DNA of 64,000 bases from Balanoglossus misakiensis. Lineage: Eukaryota > Animalia > Hemichordata. Under the pieces are notes generated by a model. That model did not search any database. It saw only the letters and a program-made list of their open reading frames with translations, and was not told where the DNA came from. Numbering within the stretch: the stretch's first letter is position 1; each line of letters starts with the position of its first letter. Below, one piece after another: positions 50,632-63,436 of the stretch. The stretch lies in contig CM082594.2 of NCBI GenBank assembly GCA_040954595.2, positions 2,436,247 to 2,500,246 on the forward strand, read 5' to 3'. A program made the position numbers and the translations under genes.

Positions 50632-51040
50632 GATACAGAGCGTTGAAATTCGGGTCTGCCAATTTGGCGTTTTGATTTTCTTTCCAATTGACTTTGCATA
50701 TTAATGTTGTCACTATTTTAGGCTTCATTCTTCTATAGGCATTCTCTAGCTTCAATTTTCGTTTATGATGTTCTTATGACGATGGTGGTGGTATTATTAA
50801 TATATTTTGAAGAAATTTCGAGACAATTGTCGCTCTGTGCTGACAAGAAGAAAATAAAAAAATATTGATATGTTTAATGGCGGGTGTTGTTATCTTCTGT
50901 GGCGACTACGCCGTGATGAAAGTGTGTTGTCGAGGTCAATAAACTCGGAATGTGCTGTAGCCTAAATTGTGAATTATCTGCCGAGGTCAGGCTGCATGAA
51001 TGCGGGGTCGAATGCCAAAATGCAACCAAGCGTTTTAACT

Positions 51041-51272
51041 GGCTAGTTATACTTTGCGAAACAGCGAAACAACGAAACAGCGAAACAACGAAACAGCGAA
51101 ACATGGCGATACCATTATTAAAATAGGGGCCAGTCATCAAGACGGTGGCGTATGATTTTTTTAAAAGTTTCCAAATTAAAACGTAAGCGAGCCAAGAAAA
51201 CTACAGGTCAGATAAATTGTTTTCTCGGAAATTCAACATTAGAATCAAATTTGGCGTTGGAAACAAATGGCG
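51041..51272. mobile_element. truncated transposon-like end with CGAAACA subterminal repeats; copy at about 62792-63023
   Basis: Starts ggctagttatactttgcgaaacagcgaaacaacgaaac.. where homology with the SULT copy 1 flank stops, and ends at the array junction. Confidence 0.4.
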
Positions 51273-51627
51273 GGTCAACGTCCGAAGGATGGAGGGGCGT
51301 AACACAACAAACAAATGGAATTCCAAATGGAAATGTAACAAGCAAGAAGTGGGTGTAAGGTCATGTGCGCAGCCGACCCGGACCAAGTCTTGCTGATCGG
51401 ACAATGGTACGAGATTAAATTACAGAAAAAAGGCTTCTAATAGAGAACGTAAGAAAACATTAAATTAATTTCTTTATTACATGTAAGAAAACAATGGTTA
51501 ATTTTGTAAACAACCCGGAAATGTGTTTACAGGAAACGCTGTTTTTTAGAGGGTGTGCACTGTAAATATTGGCATTTCCGTTCCGGACTTCCGGTTTCCT
51601 TCCAACTCGTGTACAAAGGTCATGCAC

Positions 51628-51693
<66 letters not shown>

Positions 51694-52310
51694 CATCAGC
51701 TTGAGAATCTTGCTGCAATATGGATGCTGCCCGTGGCATTCGGGTTCGGCCACTCCACTAACACGGCGAACACGGAATCCATTATGTTCGCCTTTTGCGT
51801 GTGTGCAGTAGAAGTCACCATTGCCAGCAGGAGAAAGCTGATGAAGGTTGCTACCTTCGCCATGGCGAGGAATTAAGTCAGTTTACCAATGGCAGTCACA
51901 TTGCACTCACATGAGAATCGGCTGTTGTATTTAATGAGTGTACCCCCGTACCTAAGGCAAACACCACACACAATACAATGCATGTAGAGAAAAGGGAAAG
52001 TTGACACACTGTCCAACCACTACCGGTATTACGCAGTGGTTGCCCATGACGATCAATAATAGGAAAGCGAAACTATCCCTTGCATGTTAAGAGTTAACCC
52101 ATTCAAACGCTCTGGAGGGGCAAGTCCCTCCAATTCAACGCGTACATGTACACGTATGCTGGTAGAGAGACAAACGTTAACGAGGGATATGAATGGACAA
52201 TTTTCATGAGCTATATATATATAACCCATGAAAAACGTCCAAAAATGACAGAATGGCCAATATTAGCAAGTTCGGGAATTTGTCATTTTTGACAATTTTC
52301 AAAATAGGCC

Positions 52311-52685
52311 CATTCTCGCAAGCCAGAGCCGACCGTGTTTCCGCTCCGCGGAGCTACGCAAAAAACGGGCTCTGGCAGATTACAGTAGGGAACCCCGGAA
52401 TTTAGGACGTAGACTAATGAATTATTCATGAGAAACGACATTGGAATTAGCCAATCAGTAGTCGTTTTATCGCGAGCTCTTCGGCTGCTGTCAGCTTTAA
52501 ATCCGCCATTTTGCACTGTCATTTAAATAAGTTATGCAGTTTTATGAGACGGGCTCTCTGATTGGTTCCTTTGTCTGGCTGCTGGAACTGACGCTGGGAT
52601 CCGCGAAAACCTTCCAAATCCACCACGGCCTGTTGGCGGTAGCGCGTAGCAGTTGCCGTAAACAGGTCGTGGTTTTACGACGATG
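52311..52685. mobile_element. 375-bp insertion with 8-bp TSD AATAGGCC and CAT...ATG termini
   Basis: AATAGGCC|CATTCTCGCAAGCC ... GGTTTTACGACGATG|AATAGGCC. A single AATAGGCC is present at the paralogous site, about 39017. Confidence 0.88.
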
Positions 52686-54330
52686 AATAGGCCTAAATCC
52701 CATCGAGCGCTGGGCCTGTACTCGTGTCGATATTTCAATATTGGCTATTTGGATTTGGAAAGAACTTGATGCAATATGTACGTTTATCAATGCGATGGAC
52801 ATTGTTTTCAACACCAATAATATTTATATCCCTGCACCAGAATAGACCTGTACTGGTCATTTTGCTCTGTTTGTGGGAGATACAAAAACACGACACAACC
52901 AGAATTGGCGAAAATGGCCAAGAGATACTGACCCTTTATTGCAAAGTTAACAATGTGTAAAGATGATGAAAACTTCCTCGCCAGTTGCCTGCCTCAATAA
53001 AACAGCAAAAACCTCAACAGGGTAGGTATAGGTCAAAGGTCAACTGGCGAGGAAAATTAACATAACACTAAACACTGTAAAATAGGTACATAAAGAATCT
53101 CCCACAAAGGTGTGGGCCTAAAAACGCCTCTAACAACTACAATCCAATGCGACAATGAGATAAGTAAAGATACAAAGTCCATATAAGCTCTAAAATACAT
53201 ATAACTCCGTCCCACACGACCTACAATGTAGGTAGGGGGAGGTAGATGGGGAGGCGGTGGGAGTGAAAAATATAATATTTAAAGCCTAATCACTCCGCTC
53301 AAGAATATTGCCTATTATTAAGGATTGGGAAGCTCGCATTGTTGAAGGCATATCCTGAGTGAAGTGCAGGCCAACCATACCAACGGAAACAAGGGGGGGG
53401 GGGGGCGGGCGGGCGGGGAAATTGCCCCTTACAACTAGTGCCTATCCGTCCAACATTCCCTTTGGCCCTCTACCTTAAGGCCATTTGTCTTACCCCCTAT
53501 CCTTTGTTATATTCCTTGTAGCTTCTGCCCTTCCCTGTGCGAGGAAATGACACAGAGTCTTTTGCCCTGTTCTTCTTTTATACCTTTGTCATTCTTATGA
53601 ATATTAATGAGATAACACCTGGCGGAATATTATCGCTACGTGATTAGGTTTTGAATATTCGAGGAGATGAACCAGCTCGTTGTCTTGAAGTCACGGCTGT
53701 AAAATGGAAAAGGCTGTTCCTAGTATTGACTCCCCCCTTATAGGGAACTGCAAATATTGTCAAGGCGGGAAAAATGAAGTTGCTCTTCCATGAAGTGTCT
53801 CCCCCCGGAGACTAAAGTGCTGTAAACCTCCCCGTCGGATAATAGAAAACTGTAAAACTTGATCACTAAGAAGCATGTCTATAAATGCGATTATAATAGT
53901 GATTATAATCGTGCTTTTATATCCCTGCACCAGAATAGACCTGTACTGGTCATTTTGCTCTGTTTGTGGGAGATACAAAAACACGACACAACCAGAATTG
54001 GCGAAAAATGGCCAAGAGATATTGACCCTTTATTGCAAAGTTAAAATGTGTAAAGATGATGAAAAATTCCTCGCCAGTTGCCAGCCTCAATAAAACAGCA
54101 AAAACCTCAACAAGGTAGGTATAGGTCAAAGGTCAACTGGCGAGGAAAATTAACATAACACTAAACACTGTAAAATAGGTACATAAAGAATCTCCCACAA
54201 AGGTGTGGGCCTAAAAACGCCATAAGCCACACCCTGGTGTGGCCGCCCCGTCCAAAATGACCAGACCACCCCAGGGAAGGACCCTAAAACACCATCCCCT
54301 GCTCTGGATAGCCATAAGCCTAAAACTTGG

Positions 54331-55250
54331 TTACCAAGATGCTGGTTGCCTAATGTACCCCTTAAAAGCATCTGACCTCCACCTGCCTAAGGCGCGTATC
54401 TGTGCATCAGACAAACCGTCGTCTTTAGCAGCTTGAGAGGCTGCTCCTATCCTAAAGCTATGTCCCTTGAACCTGTCTACCTCAAAGCCGCAAAAAGTGA
54501 GCGAACGCCTAAGCTGTGCCGTGAAATCTCCCCGTCCTATGCCTAACGGCCCTGGCATGCAGAAAAGAGGGCCAGGCTCACCCCCCCCCCCCTCAAACGA
54601 CTAAATTCCCACAATGCCTGAACCGGACACAAGTCAGACCTAAGAACCTTCTGAAATTTGATAACAAACACATCGCCTGGTTTACTGTGCTTAAATTGAA
54701 TAAGGACACAGTTGCTGACTGTGGCAAACCTGCGCCAACCTGAAACTCCAACTGGTGGAAAAGAATGGCTTTTCCAACATCAAACCTATTCCTAACAGTG
54801 ATTTCCCCAATCCTGAGGAACCCATAGAAGGCTGATAAGAACATAGCCTTAAAAAGAGATCGCTGATAAACAGATGTGACCACATTTGGAATGGCCTTAA
54901 TCAGACGAAGTAGGATATCCCTAGTGATAGGGAGACGATCATCTCGTTGATGCACCAGCTTACGGTATGACTGGACCAATTTGTGAACCAAAAAGGACTT
55001 AGTAGGGTCCTGCAAGCCTGCAAGTTTATGAACGTAGCTAATGGCTGACAAATAGGTAGAAACAGTGGATGGGGCAAGGTGTTGCCTAGAGAGGTGACCA
55101 ATAAACAATGTGACCGAGGATTCTGACAGCGGCAGAGATGGACAATGCACCCCTAACTGGCTACCCATGAACTATGTAAGAACTCTCCAAGCACGCTGGT
55201 AGGTTGACCTGGAAGAACTGTGAAGAGCCTGCTGCAGAAGTCTGCCTACT
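54331..55250 (-). pseudogene. tyrosine recombinase of Ngaro copy 2 (stop and frameshift)
   Basis: SSRSTYQRAWRVLT*FMG..FLRIGE.. then a frameshift to HSFRIGAA..GRWRSDAFKGY. Confidence 0.88.
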
Positions 55251-57695
55251 TCCATGTCCAATGTATAGGTAGTAACTGAGACGGCACTGGAGTCGGATAG
55301 GTATCCATGCCCCGAGATGCAGACTTGAACTGGCCTACCTGCAAGCGGGAAAGACAGTCTGCCAGAATGTTATGCTTACCAGGAATATGTTTAGCTCGAA
55401 AAAGAATGTTGTACTGAAGGCTAGTGAGCACAATCCGTCGAACCAAAATCATAAGGTCCCTGTCCTTCGCTGTTTGTTTATTCAAGACTGACACCAAGGC
55501 CTCATTATCAGTGTAGAACATCACACGTTTGTTACATAGCTTTTGTCCCCAAACCTCTAACGCCAGCATGATAGGGAATAACTCCAGGACTGCGATATTT
55601 AGTGCATGCCAACTAGTAGGCCACTCTCCAAAGAACCAGTGAGAACCAAAAATGCCACCATACCCAAGAGACCCAGCTGCATCTGTGAACAAACGAAGTG
55701 AGTCGGATGAATGCCACCGATCCTCCATAAAAAACGACTTCCCGTTGTAATGGTCTAGGAACTGTTTCCACACTAGGAGGTCTGCTTTAACCTCTCTGGT
55801 CAGACGTAAAAAGAAGTGCGACTTCTTGACCCCTTTCGTTAAATCGATCAACCTACGTAAAAATGCCCGTCCTGGGAGCACCACCAAACAAGCAAAATTT
55901 AAGGTCCCAACCAATGACTGAATTTCCTGTAGCCTAACCTTTCTTCTAGCCAAAAAGGAATTGATCAAGTTGCGGCACCGAAACAATTTATCCTCTGGGA
56001 GCCTAGATTCTCCTAATACAGTGTCTAATTCGATACCTGCGAAAACCAAAGTAGTACTGGGCCCCATGGTCTTATCCTGAGCAATAGGAACCCCCAGCTC
56101 TGCACAAAAACCTAGGAATGTCTGTAGATCCGCTGAACACCGTTCTTTGTTACTAGCCAGAAAAAGGAAATCGTCTAGAATGTGAATAACAGCCTCCACG
56201 CCTGCCACCTGATGAGACATCCACTCTAATGCAGTACTAAACTGTTCAAAAATGCGACAGGACGACGAACACCCCATAGGCAGACATCTATCAAAGAAGA
56301 AACACCCATCCCACTTGAAACCCAACAAGCAATGATCCTGAGGTGCCACTGGTATGATTCTAAATGCTGACTTGATGTCAGTCTTAGCCAAAAAACATCC
56401 TGGGCCCAACCTCAAAATGATCCGAACTGCATCATCAATGGTGGCATACTGAACACTTGCCAACTCAGGAGGAATACCGTCATTAACTGATGACCCCGGA
56501 GGAAAAGAAAGGTGGTGAATAAGACCCAATGGGGAAATGTGGAAGTTGGGAAAAGGTGGTGAACGAAAGGGCCCTGCGACCCTGCCTGCATGTACCTCAG
56601 AAGTAAGCATGGCCCTAAGGCTGCATTCACAAACACCTCTGGAGGGGGGGACGGGAGAATTGAGGGGGGGGGGATTTGAAAAAATTGAGGGTATGTAAGG
56701 GGGGATTTGAAATTATTTAGGGACTGAAAAGGGGGGACTTGAAAACTTTGACGACTAAATGTTTATTTTGAGTCAACAAAAATGCAGTTTCGCGCCCTTT
56801 ATTTTACAAAAGTTTCTAATGTGCGAGGGGGACACCCCCTCCCACACCCACCCCCTCCATTCATCAACACCTTTCAATCATTGACTGGTTTATCTAGTGT
56901 CCCAGGTCAGGGGACTTGCCCCCACCCCATGATAACTTTTGAGCGGCGACGGTTAAATTTGTCCTCCCCAACATACCGGTAGTTGAGTTAATTTGCTTTT
57001 GCCGGGCTCTGTATTTTATAAAATTTTCTTACGTGGGAGGGGGACACCCCCTCCCAAACCCACCCCTTCAATTCTCGGTTTACAGTGTCTCCCAACACAG
57101 AATACAAATACTTAAAAAATAATAACAATGTTCAGTTTTAATACCCACTGATGAGGGGAAACATCAGTTTCAAATTCTTTTCATGGGAGGGCTGTTTTTC
57201 TTTTTTACAAGATATGATGTGTTTTGCTCTGTGAAAGAAAATGGGGGGGGGGGATTTCAAAATTTTGGCAGTTCCGAAGGGGGGGGATTTGAAAATATTT
57301 CGGGTTGTATAGGGGGGCATGTGAAAATTAGCGGTAAAAAAAATTGAATTCTCCCCCCCCCCCTCCAGAGGTGTTTGTGAATGCAGCCTAACTGCTTCGG
57401 GATTGTCAAGTGCAGACTTCAAATTAGGGGATGACCCCCCGCCCCTATGACCACAGTAATTTATCGAAAAACCATGTGAAAAACCTGCCAACAAATACGC
57501 CGCCTTGCCCTTGTCGTAGCCGTGTAGAAACTGCCTAAGAACTTGAACCTTTACTGGTGACACTATTATTGGCAACGGAGGGCTGTTTGGACACCACAGA
57601 AGCTCTGGAAGCGTGGTAGGGACCTCCTCCTTTTCCAGAGTGAAAGGGCTGATGGACTCCTTCCCCACTGCTGAGACTAGATGAGCTTTTGACAC
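55246..57695 (-). pseudogene. RT/RNase H of Ngaro copy 2, interrupted by an H-MITE
   Basis: The 454-aa ORF has the same protein sequence as copy 1. Confidence 0.9.
56619..57388. mobile_element. family H Harbinger MITE in Ngaro pol (copy 2)
   Basis: TAA|GGCTGC ... GCAGCC|TAA at the same insertion site as copy 1. Confidence 0.92.
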
Positions 57696-58646
57696 TACAC
57701 ATGGAAATGGGATGGTTTGCCCCGCACTTAAAGCACTTGTGGTCGAAGCGACATCCAGGGCAGAACTTTCCCGAGTGAAAACGCCAACAAACCCCTTTCG
57801 GAAAGGACGTACTGGAGAAACCCGAAATGAAACTGTTACTGCTAGACATGGGGGCAGCCCGATCAGAAGACAAATTCTTAACCCTATGTATGGCCTGTAA
57901 CCACAACTCCCAGTGAATCTGGTCCCAAGGAACAGGAGTCGACTGCTTCATAAAGCGAAACTGCTCATCGTAAAACTTTCAACCCGCTTTTTTGGCAGCT
58001 AGATCCCGCACCACTTCCCCATACTTCAAAAGGCCTGCAATGTCTTCAGGCTTTCTCAATGTGTACACAGCTACAAAGATGTTAAAAGCTGAAATCCACT
58101 GCTCAATGTAAGTAATTGTCTTAGCACTAGCAACGGGCTCTAGACATACCTGAGGCCTACCAACACTATCAGATAAAGCGACGGTGTATTTACCATCACG
58201 CAGGGAGGGATTGATGAGCAAAGACGCAAAATCGATGTAATCACCTGCCCAGATTTTAGCCTTAACCATATCCGACACCCTTGTAACCAAGGGCATGGAT
58301 TGGCTTGCAAACAATGTGGTAGGTTGACGCTCTGTCTCAGACCCCTGAATAGTAGGTGTTCATCCTGGACCTGACCTTGTGGTAACGAATCAACTTGCAC
58401 CTCTGGACCAGTAATGTCATAGATGACTTGATTGGCGACTGATGAAGATGCGGTGGCTGTCGCTGTAGGTGGGCTTGCAGCGGGAAAAAGGCCGGCGTCT
58501 TTAAGACTCTTGACGACTGCCTGAGATATTGAGGTAGCTAACGCATCTGGGTCGATGGTTGAACTTGCGGCCGGCTGTTCTCCCTGTTGAGAACCTGCCT
58601 GGGTTGGTACCTCAGCACTTGATGACGTGGCCTTGCGCTTAGGCAA
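57535..58646 (-). pseudogene. Ngaro gag-like ORF1, copy 2
   Basis: As copy 1 but with TGG>TGA at about 57980 and without the 6-nt insertion. Confidence 0.8.
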
Positions 58647-61452
58647 AATTGTCTTGCCCTTCGAAGTAGCTTTCCGCTTCGATGGCCCCTATTGGCTAAA
58701 ATAATCGAATAACATAGCTATGTAGGAGTGCCAATAAGATCTGTAAAATGTAAAATAAACTATCAGCAATATACTCCTCAGAAAAACAACCCTTCTAATA
58801 AAGGGTATTGTGAGTTAAGTAACGTGAAAAAGGAAAACACCTTATAAATGGCCACCATATGGTTACCGAGAAAATTGATGTAATCATGTATACATACTTG
58901 TGGCATGCATAGCAAAACCACCACTGGGTAACGATAAAATTGCCAGAACGTCACGGACTCGAGGTAACGGTTCGGCGGGAAAAGTCAAACAAAGTAGCAA
59001 AATAAACCTGCTAAAATTGATCATGTGACCCGTCAGGCGGGAATTGCACCGTGAAAAGATGCAAGCACTGATTTATAAATGATCCCAACAATAAATCCCG
59101 ACAAAGACAAATTAAAATAAAAAGAAAACGTCTTTTCTATGAAAAAGACTATCATTTGTATCGCCCGATAATTTCTGGCGAGTAAAGATACCTTCACTTG
59201 TATCATGTTGCACTCGTACAATGAAAAGTCTAGATGTAATATTATAACCAAGTCTCAAAATTTGAGAGAAGAAAGTGCGTAATGTAAATGTAAAATGAAA
59301 ATAAACCACGTAGGTGAAAACCTTGGAAAAAGGTAAAAATGGACGCCGTAATATATCAATGTGGGGCTTGTAAAACTATACAATAAAATGTAATTACAAC
59401 TCGGGCTGCAAAACTATGAAATATTAAATAACATATATACCGACAACTACTTCGTAAAAAAGAAAATAGCCTTAGCATTTACCGCCAATGCTATATGCAA
59501 TTCTCTACAAAAACCTTATGAATGGTAGGTAATTGGCACTTGCCTGAAAATTCGAAGAAAAAGTGAAAATTCGAGGAGATGAACCAGCTCGTTGTCTTGA
59601 AGTCACGGCTGTAAAATGGAAAAGGCTGTTCCTAGTATTGACTCTCCCCTTATAGGAAACTGCAAATATTGTCAAGGCGGGAAAAATGAAGTTGCTCTTC
59701 CATGAAGTGTCTCCCCCCGGAGACTAAAGTGCTGTAAACCTCCCTGTCGGATAACAGGCGTAGGCTGTAACATGGAAGATGGTTTCGCCACACCTGGAAA
59801 CGACATAAATGACGGATACCAAAACATCAAGAGCAGTCCAGAAGAATGTTGTGAAGATTGCAAACGCAACAGTCAGTGTCTCGGATGGACTTTGGCCATT
59901 TCTTTCATTATTCGCGTTCTTTGTATCAACCATGTTTCTTGTTCGGCTCTCTGAAGCGCTATGAGAATTATATTTGCGGGCCACTGAGATGTTATATTCA
60001 AAGTTATACTTACGCATATTTAACATTGAGATGTTTGTATCTTTCAGGTGTCTAACATAAACTACAGCTGAATACATCATGATTTAGACAAAGACAGTGG
60101 AGAGATATTTTTGTCAAACGACATGTTGAAATTCATAAAAGGTAGTGGTGGGTTGGCATCAAATCTTGATATTGTCCATTATGAACGTAATAAAAATAAC
60201 TAGCATGGTATGAAAAGTCTCGAGTCGTTGTATTCTGTAACTCTTTTAACAATATTTCCCGAAATTGTTTATGGTAAAGATACACTGTGGTGCATCCTTT
60301 CTGCATATTTGTTGGATTTACGTTTTAATCACGATTAGGGAATTTTCATTTATTATGCGAGGGTGGGTCGGTTGGTCATGTCAAAGGTGACCCCCGGCAC
60401 ATTTCTAAAATGCGAATGGCAAATGTTGATTGAGGTAATGTACGCCATGCGCTTTCAAGATGATGAATTGGCAACTAATCAGTTCGGACATTAAATACCC
60501 ATCTTCGCCTGCATGTTAACAATTGTACATGTCGATCTGGTCGCTATATACAGATGGGCAGACAGACAGCTATGCAGGCAGGAGAGAATACGCTTGAGAA
60601 AATTCACATTGTGAGCTTACATCAACTCGCCGACCCAACTGTGTGCGAATAATAGTTGGAAACAATTGGACAATACCGTGATATTTAGAATGTTTCATGA
60701 ACGACTGATTCTTTTAGAGTCTTATCTAGGCCTATATGTGTAACATCTGTTCTGTTCGATTCTCTACCATGACATTATTATAGTTGAAAACACCAACCAA
60801 ATGTTCTCTTATGAGCTATTCATATTTGCTTCGAGTATTGTGCTACCTGTATGCTTGAATTATCTGTGCGTCTGCTCTCCCCTGTTAACATTCAGTTTAA
60901 AACCATTTATCGTTGCAAATGAAGTCGCACGCAAACTGTTAATAGGTAAATTCAAGTATTCGACTTATCCCAAACATTTTCCAGTGCTAGGTGTTCATAA
61001 TATACGACGTCATACAAAGGATCTTCAAGGTCGCAAGTATTATTGAATGACCAACACAAATGAGAAAACATTAGTTACCCAGGCTATGCAGTATATGAAA
61101 TTGCCTGTACGTGTCTCATCATGCACTCGTTAGGTAGTTGTAGGGGCACGTTTTAGCTACAGTGAATCTTTAGTTTAAATTGTGTTTATTTTTTACCTCT
61201 GACGGCATTGTTGAAATGTCGTAGGTACCCTATATAGCAATGCAAGCATTGTGAAATGTCCCGCATTCTGAGTAATATATGAACACGCCTGTGTACATAT
61301 TTGGTCAATACCTTTGGGCGAGGGGACTGCATATTTCACTGAAGAATATTTCCATCCTTCCATCCATCCACGTACCAATCCATTCGTTCTTCCGTTCATC
61401 CATTTGTTCGTTCCTTAGTTCACTAACTCACTCACTCGTGCATTCATCAAAA

Positions 61453-62382
61453 ATGGCAAATGAGTGGCCAGGATTTTTCTACGATGGATTCTTCTTTATT
61501 GACTCCCTGCACGATAAGGACACTGTGAAAAAACACAGGCTGAATGACTGGGATATCAGAAGCGACGATATCGTCATCGCAACCTTTCCCAAATCAGGGA
61601 CGTATTGGATGATCAACGCAGTGACAAAGATGTTTGGAGATATAAATTTACTGCTGCCGAAGACCAAGAGTGCAGTCCGTCTCGATCAATTGTGCGAGAG
61701 TTCGGAGGATAAACCCGGCAGGTACGGAGACCAGACGAGGGCCTTGAAAACGTCTTTACATGAGATGCCTTCACCAAGGTTATTGTATTGTCACCTGCCC
61801 TTCCAATTCTATCCAACAGCATGGAAAGAAGGCCGCATGAAATGCAAGGTAATTTACATAACGAGAAACCCGAAAGATGTCTGTGTATCGTTCTACCATA
61901 ATATGAAGGATATGAAGTTGTTTGGCATGAGAATGAGCTGGGAAAATTGGGTGCCCGCTTTTATAGAGGGTAGAACGTGGTGTGGACCCTGGTTGGATCA
62001 CGTGATCGCCTCAAGACGCCTGGTCGAGCAGTATGGCCAGCAAGAAGGAGTGCTGTACGTCACCTATGAAGACATGAAAAAGGATCTGAAGTCTGTCTTG
62101 GCCCGAGTTGCTGACTTTCTAGATCGCCCTATGCCCGATAAGGAAATTGAGAGCGTAGTACAGGCCTGCAGCTTCGGTGCTATGGCCAAGGGGGAAGATT
62201 TCTACCGGCGTGTGTGCGCGTGCTCAGACGGGCACGCTTTTACAGATGGAGCGACACATTTACGCAAAGGCGTGGTCGGCGATTGGAAAAGGCATTTCAC
62301 AGTTGCACAGAACGAAGCCTTTGACCGTGAAATTACAAGTAAACTGGAGAAATTTGGATTAAATTTGGTGTGTGAAATGTAG
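61453..62382 (+). CDS. intronless cytosolic sulfotransferase, copy 3
   Basis: Protein from MANEW onward is identical to copy 2. TAG stop. Confidence 0.93.
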   Translation: MANEWPGFFYDGFFFIDSLHDKDTVKKHRLNDWDIRSDDIVIATFPKSGTYWMINAVTKMFGDINLLLPKTKSAVRLDQLCESSEDKPGRYGDQTRALKTSLHEMPSPRLLYCHLPFQFYPTAWKEGRMKCKVIYITRNPKDVCVSFYHNMKDMKLFGMRMSWENWVPAFIEGRTWCGPWLDHVIASRRLVEQYGQQEGVLYVTYEDMKKDLKSVLARVADFLDRPMPDKEIESVVQACSFGAMAKGEDFYRRVCACSDGHAFTDGATHLRKGVVGDWKRHFTVAQNEAFDREITSKLEKFGLNLVCEM

Positions 62383-63378
62383 GATACAGAGCGTTGAAAT
62401 TCGGGTCTGCCAATTTGGCGTTTTGATTTTCTTTCCAATTGACTTTGCATATTAATGTTGTCACTATTTTAGGCTTCATTCTTCTATAGGCATTCTCTAG
62501 CTTCAATTTTCGCTTATGATGTTCTTATGACGATGGTGGTGGTATTATTAATATATTTTGAAGAAATTTCGAGACAATTGTCGCTCTGTGCTGACAAGAA
62601 GAAAATAAAAAAATATTGATATGTTTAATGGCGGGTGTTGTTATCTTCTGTGGCGACTACGCCGTGATGAAAGTGTGTTGTCGAGGTCAATAAACTCGGA
62701 ATGTGCTGTAGCCTAAATTGTGAATTATCTGCCGAGGTCAGGCTGCATGAATGCGGGGTCGAATGCCAAAATGCAACCAAGCGTTTTAACTGGCTAGTTA
62801 TACTTTGCGAAACAGCGAAACAACGAAACAGCGAAACAACGAAACAGCGAAACATGGCGATACCATTATTAAAATAGGGGCCAGTCATCAAGACGGTGGC
62901 GTATGATTTTTTTAAAAGTTTCCAAATTAAAACGTAAGCGAGCCAAGAAAACTACAGGTCAGATAAATTGTTTTCTCGGAAATTCAACATTAGAATCAAA
63001 TTTGGCGTTGGAAACAAACGGCGGGTCAACGTCCGAAGGATGGAGGGGCGTAACACAACAAACAAATGGAATTCCAAATGGAAATGTAACAAGCAAGAAG
63101 TGGGTGTAAGGTCATGTGCGCAGCCGACCCGGACCAAGTCTTGCTGATCGGACAATGGTACGAGATTAAATTACAGAAAAAAGGCTTCTAATAGAGAACG
63201 TAAGAAAACATTAAATTAATTTCTTTATTACATGTAAGAAAACGATGGTTAATTTTGTAAACAACCCGGAAATGTGTTTACAGGAAACGCTGTTTTTTAG
63301 AGGGTGTGCACTGTAAATATTGGCATTTCCGTTCCGGACTTCCGGTTTCCTTCCAACTCGTGTACAAAGGTCATGCAC

Positions 63379-63436
<58 letters not shown>

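Larger units (their letters stand above)
52823..59754 (-). mobile_element. Ngaro-type retrotransposon, copy 2, degenerate
   Basis: A1(59754-59569), gag, pol, YR, B1(54221-53916), A2(53842-53657), B2(53128-52823). Confidence 0.88.

Noticed and set aside
39154-59754. Idea that the Ngaro element mobilised SULT as cargo
   Set aside because: SULT lies outside the A/B repeats, the array junctions do not match the element ends, and the element was already inactivated in both copies.
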